The notes: generated from the sequence alone by a model not told the origin. Shown: positions 29,256-40,106, numbered from the stretch's first letter. The stretch: 64,000 nt of DNA from an uncultured Staphylococcaceae bacterium (GCA_964371305.1 CAYJLA010000002.1:6236-70235); one strand, 5' to 3'. Translations and numbers: made by a program.

Positions 29256-31226
29256 ATGAAGAAATTACTTGTAGGTTTAGGTCTTCTAGGTACATTAGTT
29301 ATTTCGGCAGTGAGTTTCCCTCTAGAAACAAATGCAGCTGGGAAAGAATTTGATGTAGATGAAGATAGGATGCTTGATGATTTCAAGCATGAAGTGCTTG
29401 AAGATACTTCACAGTTTAGTTTAGTTGATGCAACTGGAAACTATGATTACAATAGCGCTAGTTATTTAGATGTTAATATAAACAATAACAACAATACTGT
29501 TAACACAGCTATTTATAAAGCTGCCCCAAAATTAAACACAATGGGAAAAACAGGCGTATTGTCGATTACATTACGTAGTATTGATAGTAGTGTTTCACTG
29601 GCGGATTTAGATTTACATTATAGAGGTGCTAGTGATAAGGACAGCGACACTCTTGCAGTTAATCTTGCTGAAGCGCGTGACCAAGATAACGCAGCGCTAG
29701 ATGAAATTACAGCGAGTTGGACTACTATACACATATCCCCAATGAATTCAGTTGAAGATCAGGCTTATATAAATGGGTATGTTGGTTTGCACCTAGTCGC
29801 TAAACCTAATTTAATTGGCAAATTATCAATTAAAGAAATGTGGTATGCCGAACAGCAAGGAAGTCCATTCAATGCATCTAGTGGAGTTTATCCAATTGAT
29901 AATTTTTCTGGAAGAGAGACTGTTTCTCAAACAAATAGCGAATATCCAAATACATGGTGGAGATTTTCTCATACAGGTGTACTAGCCTCAAACGGCTTAA
30001 CACTTAATGGTGGTACTTATACGGTTGCAAGTGATTCACGTGGTAATGGCGATAATGCACACAGCAATATAGTATTAACGCTCAAAGGCGGTGAAATGGA
30101 TGAGATAAAATTCGTTTATGGTGATGTAACAAATGGATATACATATTCAAAACCATATGCATGGAATGAATTAAAAAATAATGCAGGATCTACATATCCT
30201 AGTATCACTACTCAAGAATTTTATGGTTATATAATTAATTTTGATGCTACTGGTATTGAATCAAACATTGCAGGCATAATGTTAACTGGAACAGGTGTTA
30301 CAATAAAAAGTATATTCTTCACAAGTGAAGCTCCATTAATTCCGGCTACAGAATTTCCTAGAATGAACGCTGATAGTAGGAGAGTGTTTGAAGATTTTAA
30401 TCGCGATATAGTTGGAGCAACAACAACATATATACCAAATACTCCTACAGCAACCGCAGGCGATTTATATTACATTTTATCTTATAGTGGAAGTGAATCT
30501 TTAGCTATGGAAGATAATGCATTAGTATTTGATGGAACAAAATCTCCAGGAACTACAATAAACTATAAATCAAGTGGTAGTCGAAATAATAATGGTACTT
30601 ATCCGTTTGTTGTTTTTAAGATGAAGGGTACTGATGGTGCTAGCTTGAAAAACTTTAGTTTTACAACAATTGATGATAGTGGTAATACAACTGAGCCAAA
30701 ACTATTTAATGAGTTATATAGTGATGTGCAATACAATATACCTGATTTTGACGCGATAGATTATCCATACACCACTTCAGATGGCTGGATGTATATAATC
30801 ATTAATCTAGAATATAGTGGATTCCCAGCAGGATGTCATGGTTTTGACTTCTATTACAGTGGCCCTGGTAAGCTTTATATAGATGAAACATTATATATGA
30901 CAAGAGCAACCGCTGCAGTTGAATACACTGATGTAGTAAGTAGTCTAGAGACACAAAGTGACGTAACTTTGCCAGAAATTGAATATAGTTTAGTTGATCA
31001 ATTGACTATTGGCGAAACTGTTGTAATTAATCCAACATTCACAGATGACATGACTAGTAGTGAAGAAATCACAACTGTCATAAAAGTCAAACATAATGGT
31101 GAATACATTGATTTGACTTCAGAAAATTCTTTTGTTGTTGAACAAGGTAGTTATATAATCATAATCATTGCGATCGATAATAACAATAATACAAATATCT
31201 TGAAACTTTATAGGGAGGTAGCATAA
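29256..31226 (+). CDS. secreted surface protein, paralogue family A (no C-terminal anchor)
   Basis: Signal peptide ...ETNA/AGK; conserved blocks shared with 27611 and 37153 proteins (DNFSGRETVS, EDFNRDIVG). Confidence 0.6.
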   Translation: MKKLLVGLGLLGTLVISAVSFPLETNAAGKEFDVDEDRMLDDFKHEVLEDTSQFSLVDATGNYDYNSASYLDVNINNNNNTVNTAIYKAAPKLNTMGKTGVLSITLRSIDSSVSLADLDLHYRGASDKDSDTLAVNLAEARDQDNAALDEITASWTTIHISPMNSVEDQAYINGYVGLHLVAKPNLIGKLSIKEMWYAEQQGSPFNASSGVYPIDNFSGRETVSQTNSEYPNTWWRFSHTGVLASNGLTLNGGTYTVASDSRGNGDNAHSNIVLTLKGGEMDEIKFVYGDVTNGYTYSKPYAWNELKNNAGSTYPSITTQEFYGYIINFDATGIESNIAGIMLTGTGVTIKSIFFTSEAPLIPATEFPRMNADSRRVFEDFNRDIVGATTTYIPNTPTATAGDLYYILSYSGSESLAMEDNALVFDGTKSPGTTINYKSSGSRNNNGTYPFVVFKMKGTDGASLKNFSFTTIDDSGNTTEPKLFNELYSDVQYNIPDFDAIDYPYTTSDGWMYIIINLEYSGFPAGCHGFDFYYSGPGKLYIDETLYMTRATAAVEYTDVVSSLETQSDVTLPEIEYSLVDQLTIGETVVINPTFTDDMTSSEEITTVIKVKHNGEYIDLTSENSFVVEQGSYIIIIIAIDNNNNTNILKLYREVA

Positions 31227-32533
31227 TGTTTAATATAAAATTAAGACATATAGCGCTTGCAAGTGCTTGTTTACTAATCACAAGTTGTACTTCAGTACCA
31301 ACTGATACAACTAATTCAAGTACTGTAAATCCAAGTGTTGATCCATCAACATCAACTACAGATGAAACTTCAACGCCTAGTGTAACTGACCCTAGTATTT
31401 CCATACCTAGCGTAACTGATCCTAGCACTCCTACTGAAGAAGGATTTAAGAATTTAGATGTTAATAATTATGGACAAATTAACTGGTTTGGAAGAACGTA
31501 TTCTGAAGGTGGAAAAGAATATTTCCATTATTCTAGTAGTGGGTTTGAAGTTAAATTTTATGGTACAAGACTAATTGCTACTATTGGCGCAACAGAACAT
31601 AACAGTGATAAAAATAGACCATACATTGCTGTTTTTATTGATGGAGAAGATGATCCACGAAAAGCAACTACAATTGCGCTTGATAAAGCAGAAGGCGATT
31701 ACATGATTGCTGAAAATTTAGAAGAAGGATTTCATACTATAAGAGTATTAAAAATAAGTGAATCACAATATAGTAAATGTTATTTGAAAAGTGTATCGAC
31801 TGATGGAGAATTTTATACTCCACCTGCCAAAAAAGAAAGAAAAATTGAAGTTTATGGTGCTTCAACCACATGTGGTTTTGGAGTGTTTGGTTTAACTGGT
31901 CCTGAAGCGTTTAGAACAGAAACTGAAAGCTCATTATTCTCATTTGCTGGATTAACTTCAAGAGTTTTTGATGCTGAATATAATTTAGTTAGTGCATCTG
32001 GTTGGGCGATTACACAAAATAAAGCATCTGATGGTGTTTCTATGTTAGATGCATACGATCAAGTAGATTTAAAAAATCCAATGCCTTGGGACTTTGATAG
32101 GTTTGTGCCTGATTTAGTAATGATTAATTTAGCTACTAATGATTCAGTATATATTGATGATGCACCAACCATTGAAGAACGTGAAGCAAGAGAAACAAGA
32201 TACTATAATGGATATATTCAATTCATTGAGAATTTAAGAGCAGCTTATGATAATCCTGAGTTACCTGTCTTAATGATATATGGATTCTTAGATGATCAAG
32301 GTGTAGAAGGGCCTATTAAAGATATAAAAGCTCATTATGCTGCAAAAGGTGACGCATACGTAGATTTTCAGAAAGTTTATAAAGCTAATGCAACTGATGG
32401 ATTTGGTAGCAGCTATCATGCCTCAGCGCTTACTCATATTAGATCAACAGATGTAGTTGTTCCAAAAGTGATTGAGTTAAAGGATAGAGAGTGGGATATA
32501 GTTCACGAGAACATAACAACTCCAAAACTATAA
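31226..32533 (+). CDS. SGNH/GDSL-type esterase lipoprotein with N-terminal beta-sandwich (CE2-like carbohydrate esterase, putative)
   Basis: LITSCTS lipobox, Ser/Thr/Pro linker, block I-like YGASTTCGFG, block III-like NLATNDS; assignment by motif resemblance only. Confidence 0.45.
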   Translation: MFNIKLRHIALASACLLITSCTSVPTDTTNSSTVNPSVDPSTSTTDETSTPSVTDPSISIPSVTDPSTPTEEGFKNLDVNNYGQINWFGRTYSEGGKEYFHYSSSGFEVKFYGTRLIATIGATEHNSDKNRPYIAVFIDGEDDPRKATTIALDKAEGDYMIAENLEEGFHTIRVLKISESQYSKCYLKSVSTDGEFYTPPAKKERKIEVYGASTTCGFGVFGLTGPEAFRTETESSLFSFAGLTSRVFDAEYNLVSASGWAITQNKASDGVSMLDAYDQVDLKNPMPWDFDRFVPDLVMINLATNDSVYIDDAPTIEEREARETRYYNGYIQFIENLRAAYDNPELPVLMIYGFLDDQGVEGPIKDIKAHYAAKGDAYVDFQKVYKANATDGFGSSYHASALTHIRSTDVVVPKVIELKDREWDIVHENITTPKL

Positions 32534-32547
32534 AGTTGTAATTTATT

Positions 32548-32573
32548 AAAGGCAGATTTTCTGCCTTTTTTTA
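32548..32573 (+). terminator. rho-independent terminator AGGCAG-loop-CTGCCT + T7
   Basis: stem 32550-32555/32561-32566. Confidence 0.7.
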
Positions 32574-32735
32574 TCTCTTTCGTAGCAAATGTATTTTAAT
32601 AATATATAACTACGAAATGCATTATTATTAGATTATAAATCAACAATGTTAGGAAATATAACGAAGTTGTTAGGTTAAACTGCATATGTGTTAACATTTG
32701 TTTACTATAGTAAACTTTGTTGTTAATCTAAGTTT

Positions 32736-34442
32736 ATGAAAAACATATATAAACTATTTATTCTCATGTCACTAGTATTAACGGGGTGTAATAGTGTCAC
32801 ACCAGATAATACTGTGTCAAATTCTATAGATCCAGCACCTAGCGAAGAAATAAGTGTTACAACGCCATCAACAACAGATAAGCCACAAATGAAACAGTCG
32901 TATTTAGAAACAATAAATGTTCCATCAGAGATTGAACTTCTTGAGGGAATCACTCTTGAAAGCAATGGCATGAATATACCTGTTATGAAAGTAATGGTTA
33001 ACGATTCTCATGTATTTGAATATCCTGAATCAACAAGAATTGAATCTGGGTACTCGATTGTGTCCTTAGAAGGCAAAGCTACTCTTACATATACATTTAA
33101 TTATGATGTCAATAACGATACAGTTGTATTACCTAGTGATTATAATATTGTGCCTACAGTTGAATCAAATAAAAAAACAGTAAGTTTTGAAATATTTGAC
33201 CCAGGCTATTATGTTATTCAACCAAATAATGATATTTATAAAGCTATACATTTATTTGTAGAGCAAAAAGTTCAAAAAACGACATTAGACTTTGATGATC
33301 CAAATTTAATCTATTTCGGACCAGGAGTTCACAATAAAGATAACTCGCCTTATATCAATGATAAAAACTTTATATCGGTCAAAAGTGGACAAACTATATA
33401 CTTGGATCATGGTTCATTCGTTCAAGGAAGAATACAAGGTTATCAGGTTAATAATGTTACAGTCACTGGTGGAGGTGTATTCGATGGAACACCTTTCAGT
33501 AGAGAAGATGTAATTGTTCCAGTTTCATTTTCAAAAAGTCATGATATTCTTGTTGAAAATATATACTTAATAGATCCAGCAGCCTGGACGCTTCAATATA
33601 ATTTTGTTTGGAATTCTTCAATCAAAAACGTAGCCATTATTTCAAGTAGAGCAAATGGAGATGGCGTAACTTTGCAATCATGTGAGAATATAACTGTTGA
33701 TAATGTATTTGCAAGAGGTTATGACGACAACTTAGTCGTCAAAAATTACGCTTTTCCTTATGGAAATACTGATCCAAATAGTGTTGGGCATTCAAACAAT
33801 ATAACTTTTACAAATTGTGTTCTGTGGACTGACCTAGCTCAGTCAATAGAAATAGGCTATGAAACTTTAGGTGAAGAACTTAGTTATATTACTTTCGATA
33901 ATATCATTATATTAGCTGCTAATCACAAACCAGCAATTTCTATTCACAATGGTAATAGTGCTTTAGTGCATGATATTATATTCAAGAACATAACAGTTGA
34001 GTTTGCAAACATGGGAATGGGAGATGGTGCATACAATAAGGAATTGATAGATTTTAGTTCAATTTATTCAGCGGCATTTTCTGACAAGGCTCAAGGACCG
34101 ACTAAAGTCGGTAATATAGAAGGAGTTCTTGTTGAAAACGTTTTAGTTAAGGAAGTAAGAGAAAATTTAAATATTGAAATTAAACTTTACGGACAAAAAG
34201 ATACAAGAGAAGATTTCAAGGGCATTGTTTCAACTGTAACTGATATCGAATTTAAAGACATCACAATCAAAAATGAAAAATTGACGCTTGGAACGGCAAA
34301 TATTAATGCAAATCAGTATGCAAGTAATTATCGTTTTAGTAATAGCGATAATGAATCCACAGGAAGCTTGATTATATACGAAATCTCTAAAGAAGATCTT
34401 TTGAATTACACAAGCGAAGCAATAGTTAGTATTTTTAAGTAG
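32736..34442 (+). CDS. right-handed beta-helix (pectin-lyase-fold) glycoside-hydrolase-like lipoprotein
   Basis: LVLTGCN lipobox; NVTVTGGGVFDG, RANGDGVTLQSCENITVDN, GYDDNLVVK rungs reminiscent of GH28/GH49/GH87 beta-helix enzymes; family not assignable. Confidence 0.5.
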   Translation: MKNIYKLFILMSLVLTGCNSVTPDNTVSNSIDPAPSEEISVTTPSTTDKPQMKQSYLETINVPSEIELLEGITLESNGMNIPVMKVMVNDSHVFEYPESTRIESGYSIVSLEGKATLTYTFNYDVNNDTVVLPSDYNIVPTVESNKKTVSFEIFDPGYYVIQPNNDIYKAIHLFVEQKVQKTTLDFDDPNLIYFGPGVHNKDNSPYINDKNFISVKSGQTIYLDHGSFVQGRIQGYQVNNVTVTGGGVFDGTPFSREDVIVPVSFSKSHDILVENIYLIDPAAWTLQYNFVWNSSIKNVAIISSRANGDGVTLQSCENITVDNVFARGYDDNLVVKNYAFPYGNTDPNSVGHSNNITFTNCVLWTDLAQSIEIGYETLGEELSYITFDNIIILAANHKPAISIHNGNSALVHDIIFKNITVEFANMGMGDGAYNKELIDFSSIYSAAFSDKAQGPTKVGNIEGVLVENVLVKEVRENLNIEIKLYGQKDTREDFKGIVSTVTDIEFKDITIKNEKLTLGTANINANQYASNYRFSNSDNESTGSLIIYEISKEDLLNYTSEAIVSIFK

Positions 34443-34473
34443 AATAATCTACCTTAATTGCAGTTTTATCAAC
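34440..34473 (+). promoter_or_regulatory. direct-repeat cis-element copy 3 (ATCTACCTT-AATTGCAGTTTTATCAAC)
   Basis: Aligns with 27509..27545 and 53768..53804 copies; immediately upstream of 34523 gene. Confidence 0.45.
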
Positions 34474-34522
34474 TTATGGTTATTTACTAAATATGAGAAA
34501 ATTAAAATGTGAAGGAGTTTTT

Positions 34523-37126
34523 ATGAGCAAAATTACCAAAAAAATATTATTATCAAGTCTTTTATTATCAAGTTTAATCATTGTTGGATGTAGTCCAACT
34601 GTTGATGTTACTGATTCTAATGACAATTCAAATTCAACCGTGACTCCTACCGAGCCGGTTGTAAAAGATGTAGTAAGTACAACTAAGTTGGTTACCTATG
34701 ATGGGCCACAAGTGCTAGAATCTTCCTCTCTTGTTGATATTAAAGTAAATGACACTGAACTATTTGTTTATGAAACAAGAGTAAATCATAACAGAACATT
34801 TTCTTTTGTTGAAGTAGACACTGTTGCGCCAGTAGTAATTTTTGATTTTGAAGGCACAGTTAGTTTAGATCTGACTTTAAAAACTGGAGAAACTGTCGAT
34901 TCAGTCGTTGTAAGGCCTCTTGATTTTGATGTTGATGCTACATTTAGTGGCAGTAGTATAAAATTTGATATTTCATATCCTACAACTTATATTGTTGAGT
35001 ACAATGGATTGACCGACAAGGCAATTCATATTATCGCGAATCCTATAGAGGAAAATCCATTAACAGAAGAAACTGCTGATGTATATATTGGTCCTGGTGT
35101 ATATTCTGCTGGTGCAATACCAGTACAAAGTAATCAAACTGTATATATTGCTGGTGGTGCTGTTGTATATGGTTCTCTTAGGGGAGAAGGTTTAGAAAAT
35201 GTTACGCTTCGCGGTAGAGGTATTATTTCAGGTGCAATATATGAAAGACAAAGCGAAGCACAATTTACAATACCAGTTGAATTTAGACATTCAAACAATA
35301 TAACAATAGAAGGCCTAACATTTCTTGATCCAGCTGGATGGACAATTTTACTTTACAATGCCAACGGTGTAAACATAAATAATATTAAAATAATGACAGC
35401 TAGAGCTAATGGCGACGGCATTTCTATACAAGGGTCTAAAAATGTAACGGTTGATGGAGGTTTTGTTAGAAGTTGGGATGATTCTCTTGTTGTAAAAGCA
35501 GTTGGTAATTATTCAACTGAAAATATATTAATTAAAAATGTATCCGTTTGGACAGACTTAGCACAATCTTTAGAAGTCGGTTACGAAACAAACGGTGACT
35601 ACATTAAAAACGTTACATTTGACAACATTACAGTGTTTCATAATTTTCATAAACCAGTAGCCTCTATTCATGTTTGTGATAAAGCTGATGTAAGTCAAAT
35701 TACGTTTAAAAATATTACAGTTGAAGATGGAGAATTACTTGGAGATGATAGAAATAGTGATGAAGACGATTTGTTGTTTGATCTAACAATTAAATTTCAT
35801 CCATCATGGTCTGTAGGTGCAGGCTCATTTGGTACAATAAAAGACGTATTATTTGATAATGTTAAAGTTATTGAAACAGCTTCAGAAAACTTAATTTCTA
35901 AAGCAGAGGGCGACTCAGCAAGCTCAAATATTGATGGTGTTGAGTATAGAAATATTGAAATTGAAGGCGGTGCAGTTAAGTCATTAGAAGATTTAAATTT
36001 TGTTAAAAATGATTATGTTAGTGATGTGAAAGTTACATCAAATAGCACGACTACTGGAGCTACTCCAATTAGATTATATGAACTAGACTTAAAAGACGAT
36101 TTAGTGAACATAACAAAAACCCCTACAATAGCTCAAGAGGGTGTTCAAGTACCTGAATTTGCAATCAGTAAAGGTGAGCTTCCTTTCATGGGTAGTGAAA
36201 TAGAATTTAATGGTGAAGTTAATGCATATCGTTCCGCAGGTATTACAAATTCAACTCCTGGAAGTGATGGAAGTGGTAGTTTTGCACAAACTGGATACGA
36301 AGCCAGTAATGTTGTAGATGGCGATAGAAATACTATGTTTAAGTCAAAGGACTTCAGTGATGTAGAAAATGAATTTGCAAATCTTGAAATTACCTTCTCT
36401 GAAACACAATATGTTGGTGTTATTCGTCTTATGTTACCTGAGGATAATACATATAGTTATGATTTCATGATAGAAGTTAGAGCTAGACGCGTTGTAGATG
36501 GAGAAGAAAAAGACACATTTTCAAGAATTCTTGCAAGGACATCATATTCAATATCTCCTGCAACAAATAATATAGTTGATATTAAAATAAATCCTTATAC
36601 ATATAAAGCGTTTGAGTTAAGAATGTTCAAACTTGATTCAGTTATGGCGCAAGATAACATTTCTTTAAGCGAAGTAAAATTCTTTGGTCCTTCAATATCA
36701 CACAACAAAGCTATAGTAGATTCTACTCCTTATAGTGATGTTTATGTTCCAAGCAATTTAACTGATGGAGATACTTCTACTTATTATGAAGCATCAAGTT
36801 TCCCTGGATACGTAGTTATCGATTTAGGTGCTGTATACAATGTAAAAGTCGTTACTTTATCATTACCAAGTTCTCTTGCTTGGGGCACTAGAACTCAAGA
36901 AATAGAAATGCTTGGAAGCGATTCAAACGTAGCTTATACAAATTCAACCTCGTTTACTCAATTCCAAGAAAAAACAAATTGTATTTTTGATCCAACTACT
37001 GGTAATAGTGTGAAATTCGAATATGAAAGCGGAGTTTCGCTGAGATTTTTAAAAGTTGTGATACATTCAAATGATATACTTGGCAACTATGGCGGGCAAT
37101 TGTCTGAAGTTTCCGTGTTTGCGTAA
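34523..37126 (+). CDS. beta-helix glycoside-hydrolase-like lipoprotein with two C-terminal F5/8 type C (discoidin) domains
   Basis: GAAGGAG RBS before ATG 34523; LIIVGCS lipobox; catalytic-domain paralogue of 32736 protein (RANGDGISIQGSKNVTVD, SWDDSLVVK); discoidin-like NVVDGDRNTMFKS...LSEVKFFG and LTDGDTSTYYEAS...LSEVSVFA. Confidence 0.55.
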   Translation: MSKITKKILLSSLLLSSLIIVGCSPTVDVTDSNDNSNSTVTPTEPVVKDVVSTTKLVTYDGPQVLESSSLVDIKVNDTELFVYETRVNHNRTFSFVEVDTVAPVVIFDFEGTVSLDLTLKTGETVDSVVVRPLDFDVDATFSGSSIKFDISYPTTYIVEYNGLTDKAIHIIANPIEENPLTEETADVYIGPGVYSAGAIPVQSNQTVYIAGGAVVYGSLRGEGLENVTLRGRGIISGAIYERQSEAQFTIPVEFRHSNNITIEGLTFLDPAGWTILLYNANGVNINNIKIMTARANGDGISIQGSKNVTVDGGFVRSWDDSLVVKAVGNYSTENILIKNVSVWTDLAQSLEVGYETNGDYIKNVTFDNITVFHNFHKPVASIHVCDKADVSQITFKNITVEDGELLGDDRNSDEDDLLFDLTIKFHPSWSVGAGSFGTIKDVLFDNVKVIETASENLISKAEGDSASSNIDGVEYRNIEIEGGAVKSLEDLNFVKNDYVSDVKVTSNSTTTGATPIRLYELDLKDDLVNITKTPTIAQEGVQVPEFAISKGELPFMGSEIEFNGEVNAYRSAGITNSTPGSDGSGSFAQTGYEASNVVDGDRNTMFKSKDFSDVENEFANLEITFSETQYVGVIRLMLPEDNTYSYDFMIEVRARRVVDGEEKDTFSRILARTSYSISPATNNIVDIKINPYTYKAFELRMFKLDSVMAQDNISLSEVKFFGPSISHNKAIVDSTPYSDVYVPSNLTDGDTSTYYEASSFPGYVVIDLGAVYNVKVVTLSLPSSLAWGTRTQEIEMLGSDSNVAYTNSTSFTQFQEKTNCIFDPTTGNSVKFEYESGVSLRFLKVVIHSNDILGNYGGQLSEVSVFA

Positions 37127-37152
37127 CTTAATAATTTAAAAGGAGAAAGTTT

Positions 37153-40062
37153 ATGAAAAAAATTACATTTGGACTAATCAGTTTACTTGCAACCCTTGGG
37201 TTAGTGTTCGCAACTAACGCAGGTGATGCTACAAAAGTAAGTGCAAGAGATTATGATGAAAATTATGACGTTTGGTTAGATGATCTTTCCGGAGACACCC
37301 CTGCAGGAACATTAACAAACGGTGCATTTAATAAAGTGCCATATTTAACAGCACAGGCAAGCGGAGATTTTGGAAAAGATCCAAACGAAGCGCTTTATAA
37401 AGCGGGTATTGGTAGTTTTACTTTTTCGAATTCAAAAGAGGTAACTTTATCAATGAGAATTGGAAATGAAGGAGCACTCAGTTTAGGTGATTTATCTATT
37501 GCGATTAGAGGTGGCGATTCATATGTTCCATATGCTGTTACTTTTGATACTTTATTTACTACTGATGGCGAGTCTATGCCAGCACTTACAAATGAATTTC
37601 AAGATTATACTATAAGTTGGACAACTTCACTTGAAGGAACAGAAATGTACACAGTTGCATCAACTGGAGAACTTTCAACTGTTAATGTTTTATCATCTGA
37701 AATGGTTGGCATTCATATATATTATTCAGGTGAAGGAGATATGACTACACCGTTAGAAATTTCTTCAATTAAATCTGGATCTACTGTAGTCGATGACTTT
37801 AATAGAACCGATGTTAGTTCAACAGTTGGTTGGTCTGGATGGTGGAGAGGTAGTGTTGGAACTATAGTTAATAAGAGTATTCATTTAAATCAAAATGATT
37901 CACAATATGATGTATATGATGATTCAAAGACTGACTTTAGTGGAGTAGTTGTTCTCATAAGTGGTGATAGTACAGGCGTATCTTTTGCAGTACGCAGCAA
38001 CAGTGCGTATTCTTCGTATATCCCATACCTAGATATAAAAGATTACGATAATAATACTGTTGAATCACTAAGTAATGAAAAACAAGCTATTTATATAGAT
38101 GCAGAAAATACATTTTCAATTGTAGATGACATTACAGGGGTTAGCATAAGAGCTGCTACACCAAATGTACATATTTGGGGTATATTTCTTTCAAACAACG
38201 AATCTACACCTGCTGATGTTTCATGGCCGTCACTTGATCTAAAAAACGTGACGTATTTTGATGATTTTAACCGCGCAGATAGAAATAAATTTGAGACGTC
38301 TTACGATGCTTCTCAAGCAGCCTTGACTGATGAAGATAAACAACACGGAGTCGATTATAATATCGCATACGAAGGTGCTGACTATGTTAGTTTAATAGAC
38401 GAAGCTCTTGTTTTTAAACCAAATAATGGTTCTCTTGTAAACTATGGACATGGTGTAAAAACTGATGTTTCTAATAATGATTATTTAGTATTTTCAGTTA
38501 AAACTACTGAAAACGCTACACTAGATGGTTTTAGAGTTAGTATTGGTAACGATATACTATGGGCAAATCAATTTATGTCTGGTAATCAGTTACCAGCAGC
38601 ACAAATTGGGCAAGTAGGATATCCATTTATTGATGGTGAATTTACATGGTTGATTATTGATTTACATCAACATGAAATTAGTCCAAGTAATACAATGGTT
38701 TTCTATTATGAATCAGGTGTAGATGTAACTGGTAATATAGTCATCGACCAAATATTCTATACTAATGCAAAAGACGACTTAAACACCACATCAAGAGTTG
38801 GAATTGAAGAAACTACATATAGTCTTGATGCAGCTAAAGATTTAGGCACTTTTACTAGCACTTTAATAAAAGATACTGTACTTGTCGAAATGGATATGAC
38901 AATTACAGGAACAACTAAAATCGATGGACTAAGTTTAGTCGTTGGCGGAACGGAACTTACTTTTGCTAGTGGACTAATTAACCAATTTGGTGAAGTTATT
39001 CCTACTGAATATAGCGATGAAACATTCAAAGTTACAGTAGACTTATTAGCAAACGGAATCACTTTAGTAGATGGTGCTTCAGTAGTTTTGAAAAATAATA
39101 CAGTTGTCGCAGGAGGAACACTTACTGTTGCAGCAACTTTAAAAGATAGAGTTTTACATAATGTAAGAAATATCATTGCTTCTACAAGCGTTGATACATC
39201 TGGTTATGTTTATGGTGGAGGAATTGATCTTACACAATTGCAATCAAATCTTATTGAATTTAATGTAACTTCCACAAGTGATGTTGTTGATGGTATTTCA
39301 TCATTGAGATTAGAGTTTGTGACCGGAGAATTCTTATTCTTAAATACAGGAACTGTTTATAATCAATATGGAGAATTAATTTCAACAAATTTAATAGCTG
39401 GAGAAAATTCAATTGTTATTGATTTAACGGCTTCAGGAATAGATGTAAATTCAATTAAAGGAGCAGGACATTTTCATGCTGGTGGATGGGGACCTGCTGC
39501 TACCCTTACAGTAGAAATTAATGAAGTTAGTTATAGAAACCTATCTCAAGATGTTACAGAGTTAGAACAGTTTAAAAAATATGATATTGTTGCACCAACT
39601 GTTTCTATGTTTGAAGTCAGCGGATCTACAACCGTAGGAAGTGAATTAACAGTTACTTATAATATAAATGATGATGTTAGTCTTGAAGAAAACCTTACTG
39701 TCAAAGTAATAGTATCTTATGGTAGTGGTATTACATACATGGAAGAAAACATAACTTCAACAATGAAGTTTACTCCAACTGTAGCGCAGGACTATACATT
39801 TACAATTACTGTTACAGATGAAGCGGGCAACGAAGTTGAAGTAGATAAAGTTATTAATATAACTGAAGCAACTACAGAACCTCCAATCACTTCTGAACCT
39901 AGTGTCGGTGAATCAACTACAATCGGTTCAACATCAACTGGCGGCGGGAATAATGAACCAGTTGATAATACAATGTTAATCGTTATACTTTCTTCAGTTG
40001 GTGGGGTTATCCTACTAGGTGGCGTTATATTCTTTGTGATTAACAAAAGAAGTAAAAAGTAA
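37153..40062 (+). CDS. large secreted surface protein (969 aa), paralogue family A modules, C-terminal TM anchor + KRSKK tail
   Basis: Signal peptide ...ATNA/GDA; repeated DDFNRTDVSS / DDFNRADRNKFE modules; Thr/Ser/Pro stalk then hydrophobic helix and basic tail. Confidence 0.6.
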   Translation: MKKITFGLISLLATLGLVFATNAGDATKVSARDYDENYDVWLDDLSGDTPAGTLTNGAFNKVPYLTAQASGDFGKDPNEALYKAGIGSFTFSNSKEVTLSMRIGNEGALSLGDLSIAIRGGDSYVPYAVTFDTLFTTDGESMPALTNEFQDYTISWTTSLEGTEMYTVASTGELSTVNVLSSEMVGIHIYYSGEGDMTTPLEISSIKSGSTVVDDFNRTDVSSTVGWSGWWRGSVGTIVNKSIHLNQNDSQYDVYDDSKTDFSGVVVLISGDSTGVSFAVRSNSAYSSYIPYLDIKDYDNNTVESLSNEKQAIYIDAENTFSIVDDITGVSIRAATPNVHIWGIFLSNNESTPADVSWPSLDLKNVTYFDDFNRADRNKFETSYDASQAALTDEDKQHGVDYNIAYEGADYVSLIDEALVFKPNNGSLVNYGHGVKTDVSNNDYLVFSVKTTENATLDGFRVSIGNDILWANQFMSGNQLPAAQIGQVGYPFIDGEFTWLIIDLHQHEISPSNTMVFYYESGVDVTGNIVIDQIFYTNAKDDLNTTSRVGIEETTYSLDAAKDLGTFTSTLIKDTVLVEMDMTITGTTKIDGLSLVVGGTELTFASGLINQFGEVIPTEYSDETFKVTVDLLANGITLVDGASVVLKNNTVVAGGTLTVAATLKDRVLHNVRNIIASTSVDTSGYVYGGGIDLTQLQSNLIEFNVTSTSDVVDGISSLRLEFVTGEFLFLNTGTVYNQYGELISTNLIAGENSIVIDLTASGIDVNSIKGAGHFHAGGWGPAATLTVEINEVSYRNLSQDVTELEQFKKYDIVAPTVSMFEVSGSTTVGSELTVTYNINDDVSLEENLTVKVIVSYGSGITYMEENITSTMKFTPTVAQDYTFTITVTDEAGNEVEVDKVINITEATTEPPITSEPSVGESTTIGSTSTGGGNNEPVDNTMLIVILSSVGGVILLGGVIFFVINKRSKK

Positions 40063-40080
40063 GATTATTTAATGTTTATA

Positions 40081-40106
40081 AGGAGCAATTTTTTGCTCCT
40101 TTTTTA
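40081..40106 (+). terminator. rho-independent terminator AGGAGCAA-tttt-TTGCTCCT + T5
   Basis: perfect 8-bp stem. Confidence 0.7.

Noticed and set aside
31165-31428. Minus-strand ORF overlapping the surface-protein/esterase junction
   Set aside because: Low-complexity antisense translation of the Ser/Thr/Pro linker; no start context.
38757-40046. Minus-strand ORFs 38757..39176 and 39792..40046 inside the 969-aa surface protein gene
   Set aside because: Antisense of Thr/Val/Ser-rich coding sequence; shadow ORFs.
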